Shown in pieces: positions 45,980 through 56,214 of a stretch of DNA of 64,000 bases. A program made the position numbers and the translations under genes. Source of the DNA: an uncultured Gammaproteobacteria bacterium. GTDB taxonomy: Bacteria; Pseudomonadota; Gammaproteobacteria; GCF-002020875. Below the pieces are notes generated by a model. That model saw only the letters and a list, made by a program, of their open reading frames with translations, made no database searches and had not been told where the DNA came from. The stretch spans positions 8,291-72,290 of the forward strand of contig CAXCCG010000002.1 in assembly GCA_963981015.1 (NCBI GenBank). The letters run 5' to 3'. Each line of letters starts with the position of its first letter. Within the stretch, counting starts at the first letter, position 1.

Positions 45980-46825
45980 CTACTCCAGCAACGACTGATA
46001 GAGCTTATTTTTCTTCACCCCTGTAATTTTTGAGGCAAGCTCTGCCGCTTTTCGTGGAGGTAACTCTTCGGCCAGCAGCTTCACAATACGTAGCGCCTCA
46101 ACGCCATCCACAACAGCCTCGCACACCCCTTCAACTATCAACACAAACTCTCCACGCAACCGATTGGGGTCTTCCCGGATCCAAACCAGCAGAGATGCCA
46201 GGGGTGCCGTATAGACCGACTCATGCATTTTGGTCAGCTCTCTGGCTACTGCAACACGACGCTCTCCACCAAAACAGCGCTCCATAGTCTGTAGAGCAGA
46301 CAGCACCCTTCGTGGTGACTCAAAAAAGATCATGGTGCGGGTCTCTTCTGCCAACGACTGCAGACGCTCTGTTCTCGCCCCCTCTTTACTGGGCAGAAAA
46401 CCTTCAAAACTAAAGCGGTGTACAGGCAAGCCTGACAAGGTCAGAGCCACCAGGGGTGCACTCGGACCGGGGATTGTCGTTACGGGTAAGCCCACTTCTC
46501 TCACCGCTGAGACAAGTCGAAAACCGGGATCATTGATCAGTGGTGTCCCCGCATCACTGATTTGAGCAATAGACTGACCTGAGCGAATCCGTTCCAGCAA
46601 AGACTCAATCCGGCTTAACTCATTATGCTCATGCATCGACAGCATTGGGGTTTCAATACCAAAGTGACGCATCAAGATCGCGCTATGACGGGTATCCTCT
46701 GCAACAATCAGATCAACTTGTGCCAGCGTACGCTGTGCTCTTGGTGAGAAATCATCAAGATTGCCAATCGGGGTTGCAACAATATAGAGTGTACCGGTCA
46801 CAACAATATCTACCTTTCCATCCAT
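45980..46825 (-). CDS. rsmI: 16S rRNA (cytidine1402-2'-O)-methyltransferase RsmI
   Basis: 281 aa tetrapyrrole-methylase fold (LYIVATPIGNLDD, AEDTR). Confidence 0.9.
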   Translation of the reverse strand: MDGKVDIVVTGTLYIVATPIGNLDDFSPRAQRTLAQVDLIVAEDTRHSAILMRHFGIETPMLSMHEHNELSRIESLLERIRSGQSIAQISDAGTPLINDPGFRLVSAVREVGLPVTTIPGPSAPLVALTLSGLPVHRFSFEGFLPSKEGARTERLQSLAEETRTMIFFESPRRVLSALQTMERCFGGERRVAVARELTKMHESVYTAPLASLLVWIREDPNRLRGEFVLIVEGVCEAVVDGVEALRIVKLLAEELPPRKAAELASKITGVKKNKLYQSLLE

Positions 46826-46837
46826 GAGTGTCCACTA

Positions 46838-47221
46838 TTGAAACAGAAAACGGTCAACCCCTCCACTATTGGGCAACATGCAGAGCAGGCTGCACTCCAG
46901 TTCCTTACTGAACAGGGACTCTCTCTAATCACCCGTAACTACCTCTTTAAAGGGGGAGAGATTGACCTGATCATGCATCACAACCAGCAACTCATTTTTA
47001 TCGAGGTGCGATTCCGTAGTCACGCCAGTTTTGGTAGTGGCGCAGAGAGTGTCACCCGAGCCAAACAACAGAAAATTTCAAAAACTGCCCTCCATTTTCT
47101 GCAAAAGCAGCCTCAATATGCAGAGCATGAGATCCGCTTCGACGTTCTCTCGCTTTCGATGGAGCATGGTCAATATAAATATCACTGGATCGAAGAGGCA
47201 TTCTGGCCTGGAGACGGTTAA
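46838..47221 (+). CDS. yraN: YraN-family (UPF0102) endonuclease-like protein
   Basis: 127 aa with GGEIDLIM...FIEVR.R. Confidence 0.85.
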   Translation: MKQKTVNPSTIGQHAEQAALQFLTEQGLSLITRNYLFKGGEIDLIMHHNQQLIFIEVRFRSHASFGSGAESVTRAKQQKISKTALHFLQKQPQYAEHEIRFDVLSLSMEHGQYKYHWIEEAFWPGDG

Positions 47222-47264
47222 ACTATACTTCAGCTTTTCGGAACATTCATAAAGTGGAATAACT

Positions 47265-47840
47265 ATGCTACAGCAACAACTCGTTTTCATTGCACTGATC
47301 ACCCTTTTGACACAGCTTTCAGGCTGTTCAACCACCGCCACAACCAATACGGGCAGGGTGGGTGCAGCAGCCACCGACCAACGCTCTGTTGGTACGGTAA
47401 TGGATGATGAAATTATTGAGATCAATGCCTCCAACGCGCTCTACCAGGACAAAACGCTGAACGAGCAGACTCATGTCAACTTCACCAGTTATAATTTTAT
47501 TGTATTAATTACTGGCGAAACGCCCAGCAAGGCACTCAAGAGCCGCATTGAGCAGATCGTCAAATCGATTCCAAAGGTGCGCCGCGTCCACAATATGCTC
47601 AATATCGCCGCACCCAGCTCAATGCTAAGCAGGACCAGTGATGCAACCCTGACACTTCGCATCAAAACAGCCATGGTTGGAGAGGGTGATCTGGCTCACC
47701 GCGTCAAGGTTGTCACAGAAAATGGAACGACCTACTTAATGGGTCTTACCAGCCGCCAGCAAGGCGCTAAAGCCGTCTCTATCACACAGCAAATCAGTGG
47801 TGTACAGAAGATCGTCAAACTTTTTGAATATGTTGATTAA
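47265..47840 (+). CDS. dolP: Division/outer-membrane stress lipoprotein DolP (YraP), dual BON domain
   Basis: 191 aa. Lipobox LSGCS and two BON-like segments. Synteny with yraN. Confidence 0.8.
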   Translation: MLQQQLVFIALITLLTQLSGCSTTATTNTGRVGAAATDQRSVGTVMDDEIIEINASNALYQDKTLNEQTHVNFTSYNFIVLITGETPSKALKSRIEQIVKSIPKVRRVHNMLNIAAPSSMLSRTSDATLTLRIKTAMVGEGDLAHRVKVVTENGTTYLMGLTSRQQGAKAVSITQQISGVQKIVKLFEYVD

Positions 47841-47993
47841 GGAACCTCTGAGCAACCAGCACTCGAACCAGAAACTCTCATCACGACAACCTCCAAAATA
47901 AAACAGTACGTTATATGACAGATCCCCACCCACGCGGGAGTGACGAGGTTAAAATGAGAATTACAGCACTCGAACAACATACCTTGCATCACT

Positions 47994-49373
47994 ATGCTCT
48001 CAGATGAACTTCAGAAGGCTTTTTTAAAGCTACTTGGCAGAGACTGTTTTCTCACCAGCAACGCTGATCGACTCACTTACAGCTATGACAACAGCCGTCT
48101 CTCGCAATTACCGGATGCAGTTCTCCTCCCAACCAGCGAAGAGCAGATCAGAGAGATCGCTACGCTCTGTTATCAACACAAGCTCCCTTTAACCACTCGC
48201 GGCAGAGGGAGTGGAACCGCAGGTGCCGCCGTTCCACTCCAACAGGGTATCGTGCTCTCCACAGAGAAGATGAATTCAATCAAGCGGATTGAACCTGAGA
48301 ATCGCTTAATCGTGGTAGAACCCGGAGTCACCAACCAGCAGGTCCAACAGGAGGCTGCGCGTTATGGATTTTTCTGGCCCCCAGACCCCGGCAGCAGTCC
48401 GTTCTGCAGTGTTGGCGGCAATATCGCCTGCGGTTCAGCTGGGCCACATGCTGTTAAGTATGGAACCGTACGAGAAAATGTCCTTGGATTACGTGTAGTC
48501 ACCGGCAAGGGTAAGATTATCCGCACCGGTACAGAGACCACTAAATGGGCTGTGGGGTATGATCTAACCCGACTGTTGATCGGCTCAGAGGGGACTCTGG
48601 CCATTACCACTGAGGCGACCTTAAAACTGATTCCCATACCACAGTCCAGAGTGATGATGCGCGCCCTCTACCAGGATATCCAGAGTGCTGCAGATGCCGT
48701 TTCTACCATCATGGGACAACCTGAAACTCCTGCGGCTTTAGAGTTTATGGATAGCGTCTGCTTGCAGCTTATTCGACATCAATTAAGCGCCGAACTTCCA
48801 GACGGTACCGGTGCAATGCTGCTGATTGAGGCCGATGGCTCCCCAAAAAGTGTGAATGAGACCTCCAGTGCGATCCAAAAAGCTGCTGAAAATAGTGGAT
48901 TAATCAACTTTCACATTGCGCAAACAGATCATGAGGCCCAACAACTGTGGCAAGCACGAAAAATACTATCCCCCCGACTACGCGAGATTGCACCCAAGAA
49001 AATTAATGAGGATGTTGTCGTTCCTGTCTCCAGAATTCCAGAACTGGTCTCAACGATTCAACAGCTTGCAGAACATCACCAGATCCGTATTGCCAACTTT
49101 GGTCATGCTGGCAATGGCAACCTTCACACCAATATACTGGTTGATCCGGACAATCTTGATGAGATGGCACGTGCAGAACTGTGCTTGAAGTCACTCTTCG
49201 AGGCTGTTCTGTCACTTAAAGGGTCCATCTCCGGGGAGCATGGAGTCGGCATTGTCAAACAACCTTATGTTGCTCAAGAGATTGGGTTAACCGAGCGCCA
49301 ACTAATGAGTGATATCAAACAGCTTTTTGACCCTCATTCGATTCTCAACCCCGGAAAGGGGCCACAAATTTAG
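47994..49373 (+). CDS. FAD-linked oxidase (GlcD / D-lactate dehydrogenase family)
   Basis: 459 aa, FAD-binding PCMH domain (RGRGSGTAGAAVP) and FAD-oxidase C-terminus (HAGNGNLH, SGEHGVG). Confidence 0.8.
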   Translation: MLSDELQKAFLKLLGRDCFLTSNADRLTYSYDNSRLSQLPDAVLLPTSEEQIREIATLCYQHKLPLTTRGRGSGTAGAAVPLQQGIVLSTEKMNSIKRIEPENRLIVVEPGVTNQQVQQEAARYGFFWPPDPGSSPFCSVGGNIACGSAGPHAVKYGTVRENVLGLRVVTGKGKIIRTGTETTKWAVGYDLTRLLIGSEGTLAITTEATLKLIPIPQSRVMMRALYQDIQSAADAVSTIMGQPETPAALEFMDSVCLQLIRHQLSAELPDGTGAMLLIEADGSPKSVNETSSAIQKAAENSGLINFHIAQTDHEAQQLWQARKILSPRLREIAPKKINEDVVVPVSRIPELVSTIQQLAEHHQIRIANFGHAGNGNLHTNILVDPDNLDEMARAELCLKSLFEAVLSLKGSISGEHGVGIVKQPYVAQEIGLTERQLMSDIKQLFDPHSILNPGKGPQI

Positions 49374-49402
49374 TGCTCTGGCAACAAGCCAGGATAGATA
49401 GC

Positions 49403-49921
49403 CTATGACTTAACCAACGTTAATGCAGGCTTCCCATCTTTCTTTACTGACTTCTTTTCAGCAGCCCCCTTGCCTGAATTATCTGAGGCTTGAGTCGTTT
49501 TCTCCGGCTTGTTACTGACTGCTGCAACAGGATGCTCTTCACGCACTGAGTCTGAATTCAGCGCGGTGGATGCCTGTTGCACATCCTCCTCTGGGAAGAC
49601 CATTCCCTGACCATTTTCACGAGCATAGAGTGCATTCACTGCACTGGGGGGGAAAGAGACTGACTCAGAGACTCCGGAAAATCGTGCACTGAAGCTAATC
49701 CAGTCATTCTCAATAGAGAGTGATGAGACCGCATCATAACCACAGTTCAGTACAATCTTGCCATCATTGATATGCGCAACTGGAACCGTCACCATAGGTA
49801 GCTCTGCATCCACAACAATATAGGGTGTTAAACCATTATCTGTGATCCAGGCATGTATTGCGCGAATCATATAGGGTCTGCTAGAACTCATCTGCAACGC
49901 ATCCACCGGCAAATCACTCAT
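49403..49921 (-). CDS. sspB: ClpXP adaptor / stringent starvation protein B
   Basis: 172 aa, N-terminus RPYMIRAIHAWITDNGLTPYIVVD. Confidence 0.88.
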   Translation of the reverse strand: MSDLPVDALQMSSSRPYMIRAIHAWITDNGLTPYIVVDAELPMVTVPVAHINDGKIVLNCGYDAVSSLSIENDWISFSARFSGVSESVSFPPSAVNALYARENGQGMVFPEEDVQQASTALNSDSVREEHPVAAVSNKPEKTTQASDNSGKGAAEKKSVKKDGKPALTLVKS

Positions 49922-50537
49922 CCAGCTCTCGCTCCTCTTCTGTCAAGCTATCCATAAATGAGTCACGATCAAACAACCGCTCCGCATAATCGGTGACCGC
50001 TTTTGCAGACAGTGGCAGAGTAATTTTAAGTGACTTCAGTCTCCATAAAATGGGGGCCAAGCTACAATCTACCAGCGAAAAATCATCACTCATAAAAAAT
50101 TGGGATTGTGCAAACAGCGGTGCCAGCATGGTAATGCTCTCCGTCAATGAGCTGCGTGCCTGAGCTGCTACCTTATCTCCCCCCTGCTCAATCTCTTCTA
50201 TTCGCTTTGACCAATCAAGATCAATACGTTCAATCATCTGACGCGCCTGGGCACGTGCTACAGGGTCTACCGGCATCAGTGGAGGGTGCGGAAAACGCTC
50301 ATCCAGATACTCCATGATTACCTTAGAACCAAATAGTGTTAAGTCTCTGTCTGCAATCGTGGGCAGTAGCTGATAAGGGCTCAGCTTCAAAAACTCTTCT
50401 TGGGGATCAGAAATATCCACACTTTCAACCTCATGGACAATTCCCTTCTCTGCCATCACAATTCTGACTCTATGACTCAAGTGATCCTGTGGTCCTGAAA
50501 ACAGAACCATAACAGAGCGCCTATTCGCAATAGTCAT
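49914..50537 (-). CDS. sspA: Stringent starvation protein A
   Basis: 207 aa GST-like with SVMVLFSGP..HLSHRVRIV. Confidence 0.92.
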   Translation of the reverse strand: MTIANRRSVMVLFSGPQDHLSHRVRIVMAEKGIVHEVESVDISDPQEEFLKLSPYQLLPTIADRDLTLFGSKVIMEYLDERFPHPPLMPVDPVARAQARQMIERIDLDWSKRIEEIEQGGDKVAAQARSSLTESITMLAPLFAQSQFFMSDDFSLVDCSLAPILWRLKSLKITLPLSAKAVTDYAERLFDRDSFMDSLTEEERELDE

Positions 50538-50615
50538 ACTTTTCCTTGTTCGCTTAAATGTAAGAAAACCCTGAACCCAAAAGGGTTCAGGGCTTATTTG
50601 AACTGCTGTATAAAA

Positions 50616-51329
50616 CTAGTGAACGTCTTTCCAATACTCTTTCTTCAGACGGTAGGCCGGAATCAGCAAAATCAACAGAAAACCAAGCACATACCAGCCT
50701 AAGGTCATACGATAAGCCTTAACAGGCTCACCCACATAGGCGAGGAAGTTCACCAAGTCGCCAACCGCCTTATCATATTCAGCTGCGGTCATTGAACCGG
50801 AACCATCCACAGTCAACGTACCATCTTCCTGCAATGTCTGTTTACCTTGTAGCCCCTGCAAAACATGAGGCATACCTACATCCTTGAAGACGACATTATT
50901 AACACCCATTGGACGGGATGGGTCAACATAGAAACCTCGCAGGTAGGTATAGAGCCAATCATCTCCACGCGCACGAGAGATCACACTCAGATCAGGAGGC
51001 GTTGTTCCAAACCATTTTGCCGCTTGCTCTGCCGGCATTGCGATCTCCATGGTGTCATGGATTTTGGCTCCGGTAAAGACCAGATTATCCAACACCTCTT
51101 GATCACTCATACCCAGATCATCCGCCATTCTCTTATAGCGCATAAACCTGGCTGAGTGACAGCTCAGACAGTAATTCATGAATAATTTGGCACCATTCTT
51201 CAGTGACTCATTATCCGATAGATCTACCGGAGCTGTGTCCAGGTGTACGCCACCCCCACCGCCCCCCATCACAAAGGAGGGGAAAAGCAGCAGCAGTAGT
51301 ACGCCGGTTTTTTTCATCATCTTTTTCAT
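50616..51329 (-). CDS. petC: Ubiquinol-cytochrome c reductase cytochrome c1 subunit
   Basis: 237 aa. Signal peptide, CLSCH heme motif, C-terminal TM anchor. Confidence 0.85.
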   Translation of the reverse strand: MKKMMKKTGVLLLLLFPSFVMGGGGGGVHLDTAPVDLSDNESLKNGAKLFMNYCLSCHSARFMRYKRMADDLGMSDQEVLDNLVFTGAKIHDTMEIAMPAEQAAKWFGTTPPDLSVISRARGDDWLYTYLRGFYVDPSRPMGVNNVVFKDVGMPHVLQGLQGKQTLQEDGTLTVDGSGSMTAAEYDKAVGDLVNFLAYVGEPVKAYRMTLGWYVLGFLLILLIPAYRLKKEYWKDVH

Positions 51330-51348
51330 CGATTTTTTCTCCTTGTCC

Positions 51349-52596
51349 TTAATGCTCTGGCAGACGCTCAGGGACCGGCTTGGTCTTGTCCATCTTCGAG
51401 TAGAAAGGCATCAACAGGAAGAAGGCAAAATAGATAACCGAGAAGATCCGTGCAAACATGGTAGCAACTGGTGTAGCCGGCTGTGTACCTAACCAGGAGA
51501 GCGCTACGAATGCGACCACAAAGATCGCCAGGGCCAACTTGGATATCATTCCCTTGTACTTGATTGACTTTACCGAACTCCGATCCAACCAAGGCAGGAT
51601 GAAAAGCATGATAATCGCACCAAACATTGCCACTACACCAAGGAACTTATCGGGGACGGCGCGCAAGATTGCGTAGAAGGCTGTAAAGTACCAGAGCGGA
51701 ACAATATGCTCGGGGGTCTTTAATGGGTCAGCAGGGACAAAGTTGTCCTTCTCCAGGAACCACCCCCCCATCTCCGGCACAAAGAACATCACTGCAGAGA
51801 AGATCATCAGGAAGACAATCACACCGACAATATCTTTCACAGAGTAGTAAGGGTGAAACGGAATACCATCCGCAGGGGCAGTCTCGCTCCAGCGATTTCC
51901 TTTCGGTCCCTCTTTAATCTCAATTCCTTCAGGGTTGTTAGAGCCAACTGCATGCAGTGCAACAATATGTAAGAAGACCAGCATCACCAGTACCAGGGGT
52001 ACCGCAATGACATGGAAGGCGAAGAAGCGGTTGAGAGTCGCATCCGCGATCACGAAGTCACCACGAATCCATAATGCAATCTCTTCACCTACGTAAGGTA
52101 CTGCACCAAACAGGGAGATAATAACCTGCGCACCCCAGTAGGACATCTGCCCCCATGGCAGCAGATAGCCCATAAAGGCTTCCGCCATCAGCGCTAGATA
52201 GAGCACCATACCAAATACCCAGATCAACTCACGCGGTTTACGGTAGGAGCCATACATCAGTCCACGGAACATGTGGAGATAGATCACCACAAAAAAGGCA
52301 GAGGCGCCGGTTGAATGCATATAGCGAATCAACCACCCCCACTCCACATCACGCATAATGTACTCTACCGAGGCAAAGGCGAGTTCTGCATCGGGCTTGT
52401 AGTTCATGGTGAGGAAAATTCCGGTCACAATCTGAATCACTAACACCAACATCGCCAGTGAGCCAAAGAAGTACCAGAAATTGAAGTTCTTCGGCGCGTA
52501 GTATTGCGCCAGATGCTCATTCCATACTTTTAGCAGTGGAAAGCGCTGGTCAAACCAGCCTACCACGCCTGTAGCTTCAGTCTCTCTCAGTCCCAT
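51349..52596 (-). CDS. petB: Cytochrome b of the bc1 complex
   Basis: 415 aa polytopic cytochrome b/b6. Confidence 0.93.
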   Translation of the reverse strand: MGLRETEATGVVGWFDQRFPLLKVWNEHLAQYYAPKNFNFWYFFGSLAMLVLVIQIVTGIFLTMNYKPDAELAFASVEYIMRDVEWGWLIRYMHSTGASAFFVVIYLHMFRGLMYGSYRKPRELIWVFGMVLYLALMAEAFMGYLLPWGQMSYWGAQVIISLFGAVPYVGEEIALWIRGDFVIADATLNRFFAFHVIAVPLVLVMLVFLHIVALHAVGSNNPEGIEIKEGPKGNRWSETAPADGIPFHPYYSVKDIVGVIVFLMIFSAVMFFVPEMGGWFLEKDNFVPADPLKTPEHIVPLWYFTAFYAILRAVPDKFLGVVAMFGAIIMLFILPWLDRSSVKSIKYKGMISKLALAIFVVAFVALSWLGTQPATPVATMFARIFSVIYFAFFLLMPFYSKMDKTKPVPERLPEH

Positions 52597-53189
52597 TATG
52601 CTGCTCCTTGATCGACGCCAATCAGGATACGGGTATCACTGACGTAGTTGTGTGGAGGAATGACCAGGTTGGTAGGTGCAGGTACACCTTGATAAACGCG
52701 ACCCGCCAAATCGAAGCGAGAGCCGTGACAGGGGCAGAAGAACCCCCCCTTCCAGTCGGGGCCGAGATCGGCAGGTGCCATCTCAGGACGGAATGTTGGA
52801 GAACAACCCAGGTGGGTACAGATCCCAACCGTTACCAGATACTCTGGCTTGATCGCACGTGCTGCATTCTGGCAGTACGCCGGCTGGTCCGACTCTGCGG
52901 AGGCTGGATCACTTAAGATACCGTCCAGTGCCTTCAGGTCATTCAGCGTCTCTTCAGTGCGGCGAACAATCCAGACTGGCTTGCCACGCCACTCCACCGT
53001 CAGCATCTGCCCCGGTTCCATCTTGCTGATATCGGCCTCAACAGGGGCGCCTGCAGCCTGTGCTCTTGCACTAGGACTCATAGACTTCACAAATGGTACC
53101 GCTACAAAAGCAGCACCTACTGCGCCCACTGCAGAGGTTGCTGCCGTCAAAAAACGACGCTTACCCAGATCTACAGTCTCTGTACTCAT
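52596..53189 (-). CDS. petA: Ubiquinol-cytochrome c reductase Rieske iron-sulfur subunit
   Basis: Tat motif KRRFLT, and Rieske boxes CTHLGC and CPCHGS. Start trimmed to MSTETVD. Confidence 0.9.
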   Translation of the reverse strand: MSTETVDLGKRRFLTAATSAVGAVGAAFVAVPFVKSMSPSARAQAAGAPVEADISKMEPGQMLTVEWRGKPVWIVRRTEETLNDLKALDGILSDPASAESDQPAYCQNAARAIKPEYLVTVGICTHLGCSPTFRPEMAPADLGPDWKGGFFCPCHGSRFDLAGRVYQGVPAPTNLVIPPHNYVSDTRILIGVDQGAA

Positions 53190-53333
53190 ACAGTCTCTCC
53201 AAAAATTGATGATGGACCCATTCAGCGTCCCCATTTAACCGCTAAACACATACACACCAAACCCAAAATTAGTGGCGGGAGATATTACCATAAACTGTTT
53301 GGGTGATTACACCCTTTTTAGGAGCGGGCTTAT

Positions 53334-55118
53334 TTAGCAACTACTCATATGACGCTGCAGCCAATATTCCGTAAGTGTCAACTGCCATAACTTGCTTCCC
53401 TGAATACGGGTAAAACTATTCTCAGCAGTTGGGTTGGCCAGCAATTTATCAATATAACTACGCTGATAAAGCCCCCGTTCACGACACGCCTGAGAACATA
53501 GAATATCTTGCATAAATTCCAGAAATTCACCACGTACATATTTAAGTGCAGGCATCGGAAAATACCCTTTGGGCCGATCAATCACCGAGTCAGGCAACAG
53601 TCCGCGAGAGATCAACTTGAGTGGCCCCTTCCCCTGATGTTTCAGTTTCAATGCCGGAGGAATCTGGGCCGCTAACTCCACCAGCTGGTGATCCAGGAAT
53701 GGTACCCTCGCCTCTAACCCCCAAGCCATGGTCATGTTATCAACCCGCTTGACCGGATCATCAACCACCAGTGTAGTGGTATCTGCCCGCAACACTTGGT
53801 CCAGATACTCATCTGCCCCAGCTCTCTCCAGCAACTCCTGCATCAGTACAGCAGTATGATCTTCACCCTGATATGGCTCTGCAAGCAGCTCCATCATCTC
53901 CGGGTGGTCTCGGTCAAAATAAAATTGACGAAAACGGTCCACCGGAGAACCTGTAGCACCCTCCATCAGCGGATACCAAAAGTAGCCTGCGAACACCTCA
54001 TCTGCACCCTGACCACTCAATACTACACTCACCTCTTGCGAAACCTGCTCCGCTAACAGATAGAAACCAATCGCATCCTGACCAAACATCGGCTCTGACA
54101 TCGCATCCACCGCCTCAGTCAATCTTGGCAATGCCTGATCATTTGGGATTATAATTTTCTGATGCCGGGTCTGGAATCGCTCCACAACCGCGTCAGAGTA
54201 CTCAAATTCACTTCCACGCTCCTCTGGCGAATCCTCAAAGCCAATCGAGAAGGTACGAATATCTCTGTGGCCCGCCTCAGCCAACATCCCCACCAACAGA
54301 CTGGAGTCGAGTCCACCCGAGAGCAAGACACCAACAGGCACATCGGAAGCGGCACGCCGCCGCTCAACCGCCTGCATCAGTGATTCACGAACCGCCTCAG
54401 CCCACTCCCATTCACTCTTTGCCTCTACAGGGCGCTGTGCTGTTAATGACCAATAACGATGCTGCTCTGTTAAGCCATCCGCATGGATGGTTTTCCAGTG
54501 GGCAGGCTCCATTTTATGAACTTCACGAAACAGTGTACGCGGTGCCGGTACCACAGCATGTAGAGAAAAATGGTGGTGCAGTGCCAGCGGATCAAATTGA
54601 GTATCCACTCCTCCCGCAGCCAGTAATGCAGGAAGCGTGGAGGCAAACAGGAGTCGTTTACCATCTTGAGTCCAGTAAAGTGGTTTGATACCCATCCGGT
54701 CACGCACCAGATGTAGCTGCTTAGCACGTTGGTCCCAAAGTGCAAAGGCAAACATTCCTGCAAAACGTTCTACACACGCCTGCCCCCAAGCATGAAAGGA
54801 TTTCAGGATAACTTCCGTATCACCCGTGGAGGTAAAGTGGTACCCAAGCCCTTTCAACTCCTCTCTGAGTTCACGAAAATTGTAGATCGTGCCATTAAAA
54901 ACGATAGTGAACGCCAGCTCAGAATCAACCATCGGTTGATGTCCTCGCTCTGAGAGGTCGAGGATTGAGAGGCGGCGATGCCCAAACTGTAACGGCCCCT
55001 GCTGCCACACCCCTTCATCATCGGGCCCTCTGGGTCGCAATGGCTGCAACATTTTCCGGATGGTCACCGAATCCGGTGCCATACCATCCAATCTTAATTC
55101 TCCACAAATTCCACACAT
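53334..55118 (-). CDS. Asparagine synthase (glutamine-hydrolysing) family amidotransferase, long form (about 595 aa)
   Basis: The N-terminal nucleophile requires Cys2, so the start was reset to MCGICGE. There is a Gn-AT-II domain plus an AsnB synthetase domain (SGGLDSS). Confidence 0.85.
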   Translation of the reverse strand: MCGICGELRLDGMAPDSVTIRKMLQPLRPRGPDDEGVWQQGPLQFGHRRLSILDLSERGHQPMVDSELAFTIVFNGTIYNFRELREELKGLGYHFTSTGDTEVILKSFHAWGQACVERFAGMFAFALWDQRAKQLHLVRDRMGIKPLYWTQDGKRLLFASTLPALLAAGGVDTQFDPLALHHHFSLHAVVPAPRTLFREVHKMEPAHWKTIHADGLTEQHRYWSLTAQRPVEAKSEWEWAEAVRESLMQAVERRRAASDVPVGVLLSGGLDSSLLVGMLAEAGHRDIRTFSIGFEDSPEERGSEFEYSDAVVERFQTRHQKIIIPNDQALPRLTEAVDAMSEPMFGQDAIGFYLLAEQVSQEVSVVLSGQGADEVFAGYFWYPLMEGATGSPVDRFRQFYFDRDHPEMMELLAEPYQGEDHTAVLMQELLERAGADEYLDQVLRADTTTLVVDDPVKRVDNMTMAWGLEARVPFLDHQLVELAAQIPPALKLKHQGKGPLKLISRGLLPDSVIDRPKGYFPMPALKYVRGEFLEFMQDILCSQACRERGLYQRSYIDKLLANPTAENSFTRIQGSKLWQLTLTEYWLQRHMSSC

Positions 55119-55144
55119 GCGATGAATTGACGGTAATCTGTGCG

Positions 55145-56035
55145 CTAGTACCGCACCAAACTCTCTACTTTGAGCCACTCATCGTAGATTTTTTTCAATC
55201 TGAGCGCCTCTTTCTTGTCGCTCGCACTGTAGTCACGGAGGAGATAGTAGGTCTTTGAACCCTGCTGAACCGTCACGATCTGAAGCTTGAAGCTGGACTC
55301 CCCTAAATCTTTAACGATAGCATCAGCTCTTTTTTTGTTGGTAAATGCACCTACCTGAACATGGTTGTGACCCAGCTTTGACTCTCTCTTTTTAGCAGCT
55401 ACCGGAGCAACCGGAGTGACCGCCTGTTTTTGAGGCTTCACATCGGCAACGGCTCTCTCTGTAATTTTAGCTACAGGCAACTCTGACTTAGAGATCGATT
55501 GTTCCATCAGAATCCGCTCTTTTTCTGACTCAACGGTTTCCATACTACCACTCACCTTCTCATCCACATGTACTGTTTCAACCATCTTCTGTTGAGGCGG
55601 TTCCGATTGTGGCACTACAGATTTTTCGGTCATGGATGCAACCGATGAACCCTGTTTAACGGACTCTATTGGCTCAACGGAATCAATCACACTCTCAACA
55701 GGGCTGGACTCCACAATCTCTTCCTGAGCAATCGTAACAGCCTCCTTTTTAAGGACAGCAACCTCATCGACCGGCTGACTCATACTCTCTGGATTCAGTT
55801 GCTTAGACTTCGCTTCACGCTGTTCACGTGTCTCCTGCAAAAGATTTTCAAGCTCTTGATACTCCTGGAGAAAAGGATCTAAGCCCTGCTCCTCGTTCTT
55901 TACTACAGAGTCCGCTGCGAGGGGATCCTTTAATGGATCTGGTCCAGAGACATCTTCAGAAAAATAGAGTGATCCACCGATAACAGCGGATAAGGCAACT
56001 GCAAAGGCAATAAACAGGGGGGCATGTTGTGTCAT
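55145..56035 (-). CDS. SPOR-domain (septal peptidoglycan-binding) bitopic protein
   Basis: 296 aa. N-terminal TM segment, an acidic/Pro-Glu-rich linker, and a C-terminal SPOR-like fold (HVQVGAFTNKKRADAIVKDL...YYLLRDYSASDKKEA). Confidence 0.75.
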   Translation of the reverse strand: MTQHAPLFIAFAVALSAVIGGSLYFSEDVSGPDPLKDPLAADSVVKNEEQGLDPFLQEYQELENLLQETREQREAKSKQLNPESMSQPVDEVAVLKKEAVTIAQEEIVESSPVESVIDSVEPIESVKQGSSVASMTEKSVVPQSEPPQQKMVETVHVDEKVSGSMETVESEKERILMEQSISKSELPVAKITERAVADVKPQKQAVTPVAPVAAKKRESKLGHNHVQVGAFTNKKRADAIVKDLGESSFKLQIVTVQQGSKTYYLLRDYSASDKKEALRLKKIYDEWLKVESLVRY

Positions 56036-56214
56036 AACGCTTGATTTCTATCCATGGTTACAAGTCATTAAGTATTATATAAAAGCACCTATAACGAATG
56101 CTTTGCTATCTGAACAACGCTGAGTCGCGCTAAGCAGAAAGGTCAGAGGCTGCTTTCTTCAACTTTCAAAGCGTATATACTACTGAACTCGAACCCGTTT
56201 GGTTACTAAAAAAT

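Noticed and set aside
45514-46033. Four overlapping ORFs (45514..45837, 45605..45799, 45642..45998, 45719..46033)
   Set aside because: They all lie within the rnpB RNase P RNA gene, whose conserved P4 and 3' sequences are recognisable. They are not protein-coding.
49377-49393. ctggc-aacaa-gccag hairpin between the GlcD-like gene and sspB
   Set aside because: Only a 5-bp stem with no U-tract, so it is too weak to call a bidirectional terminator.
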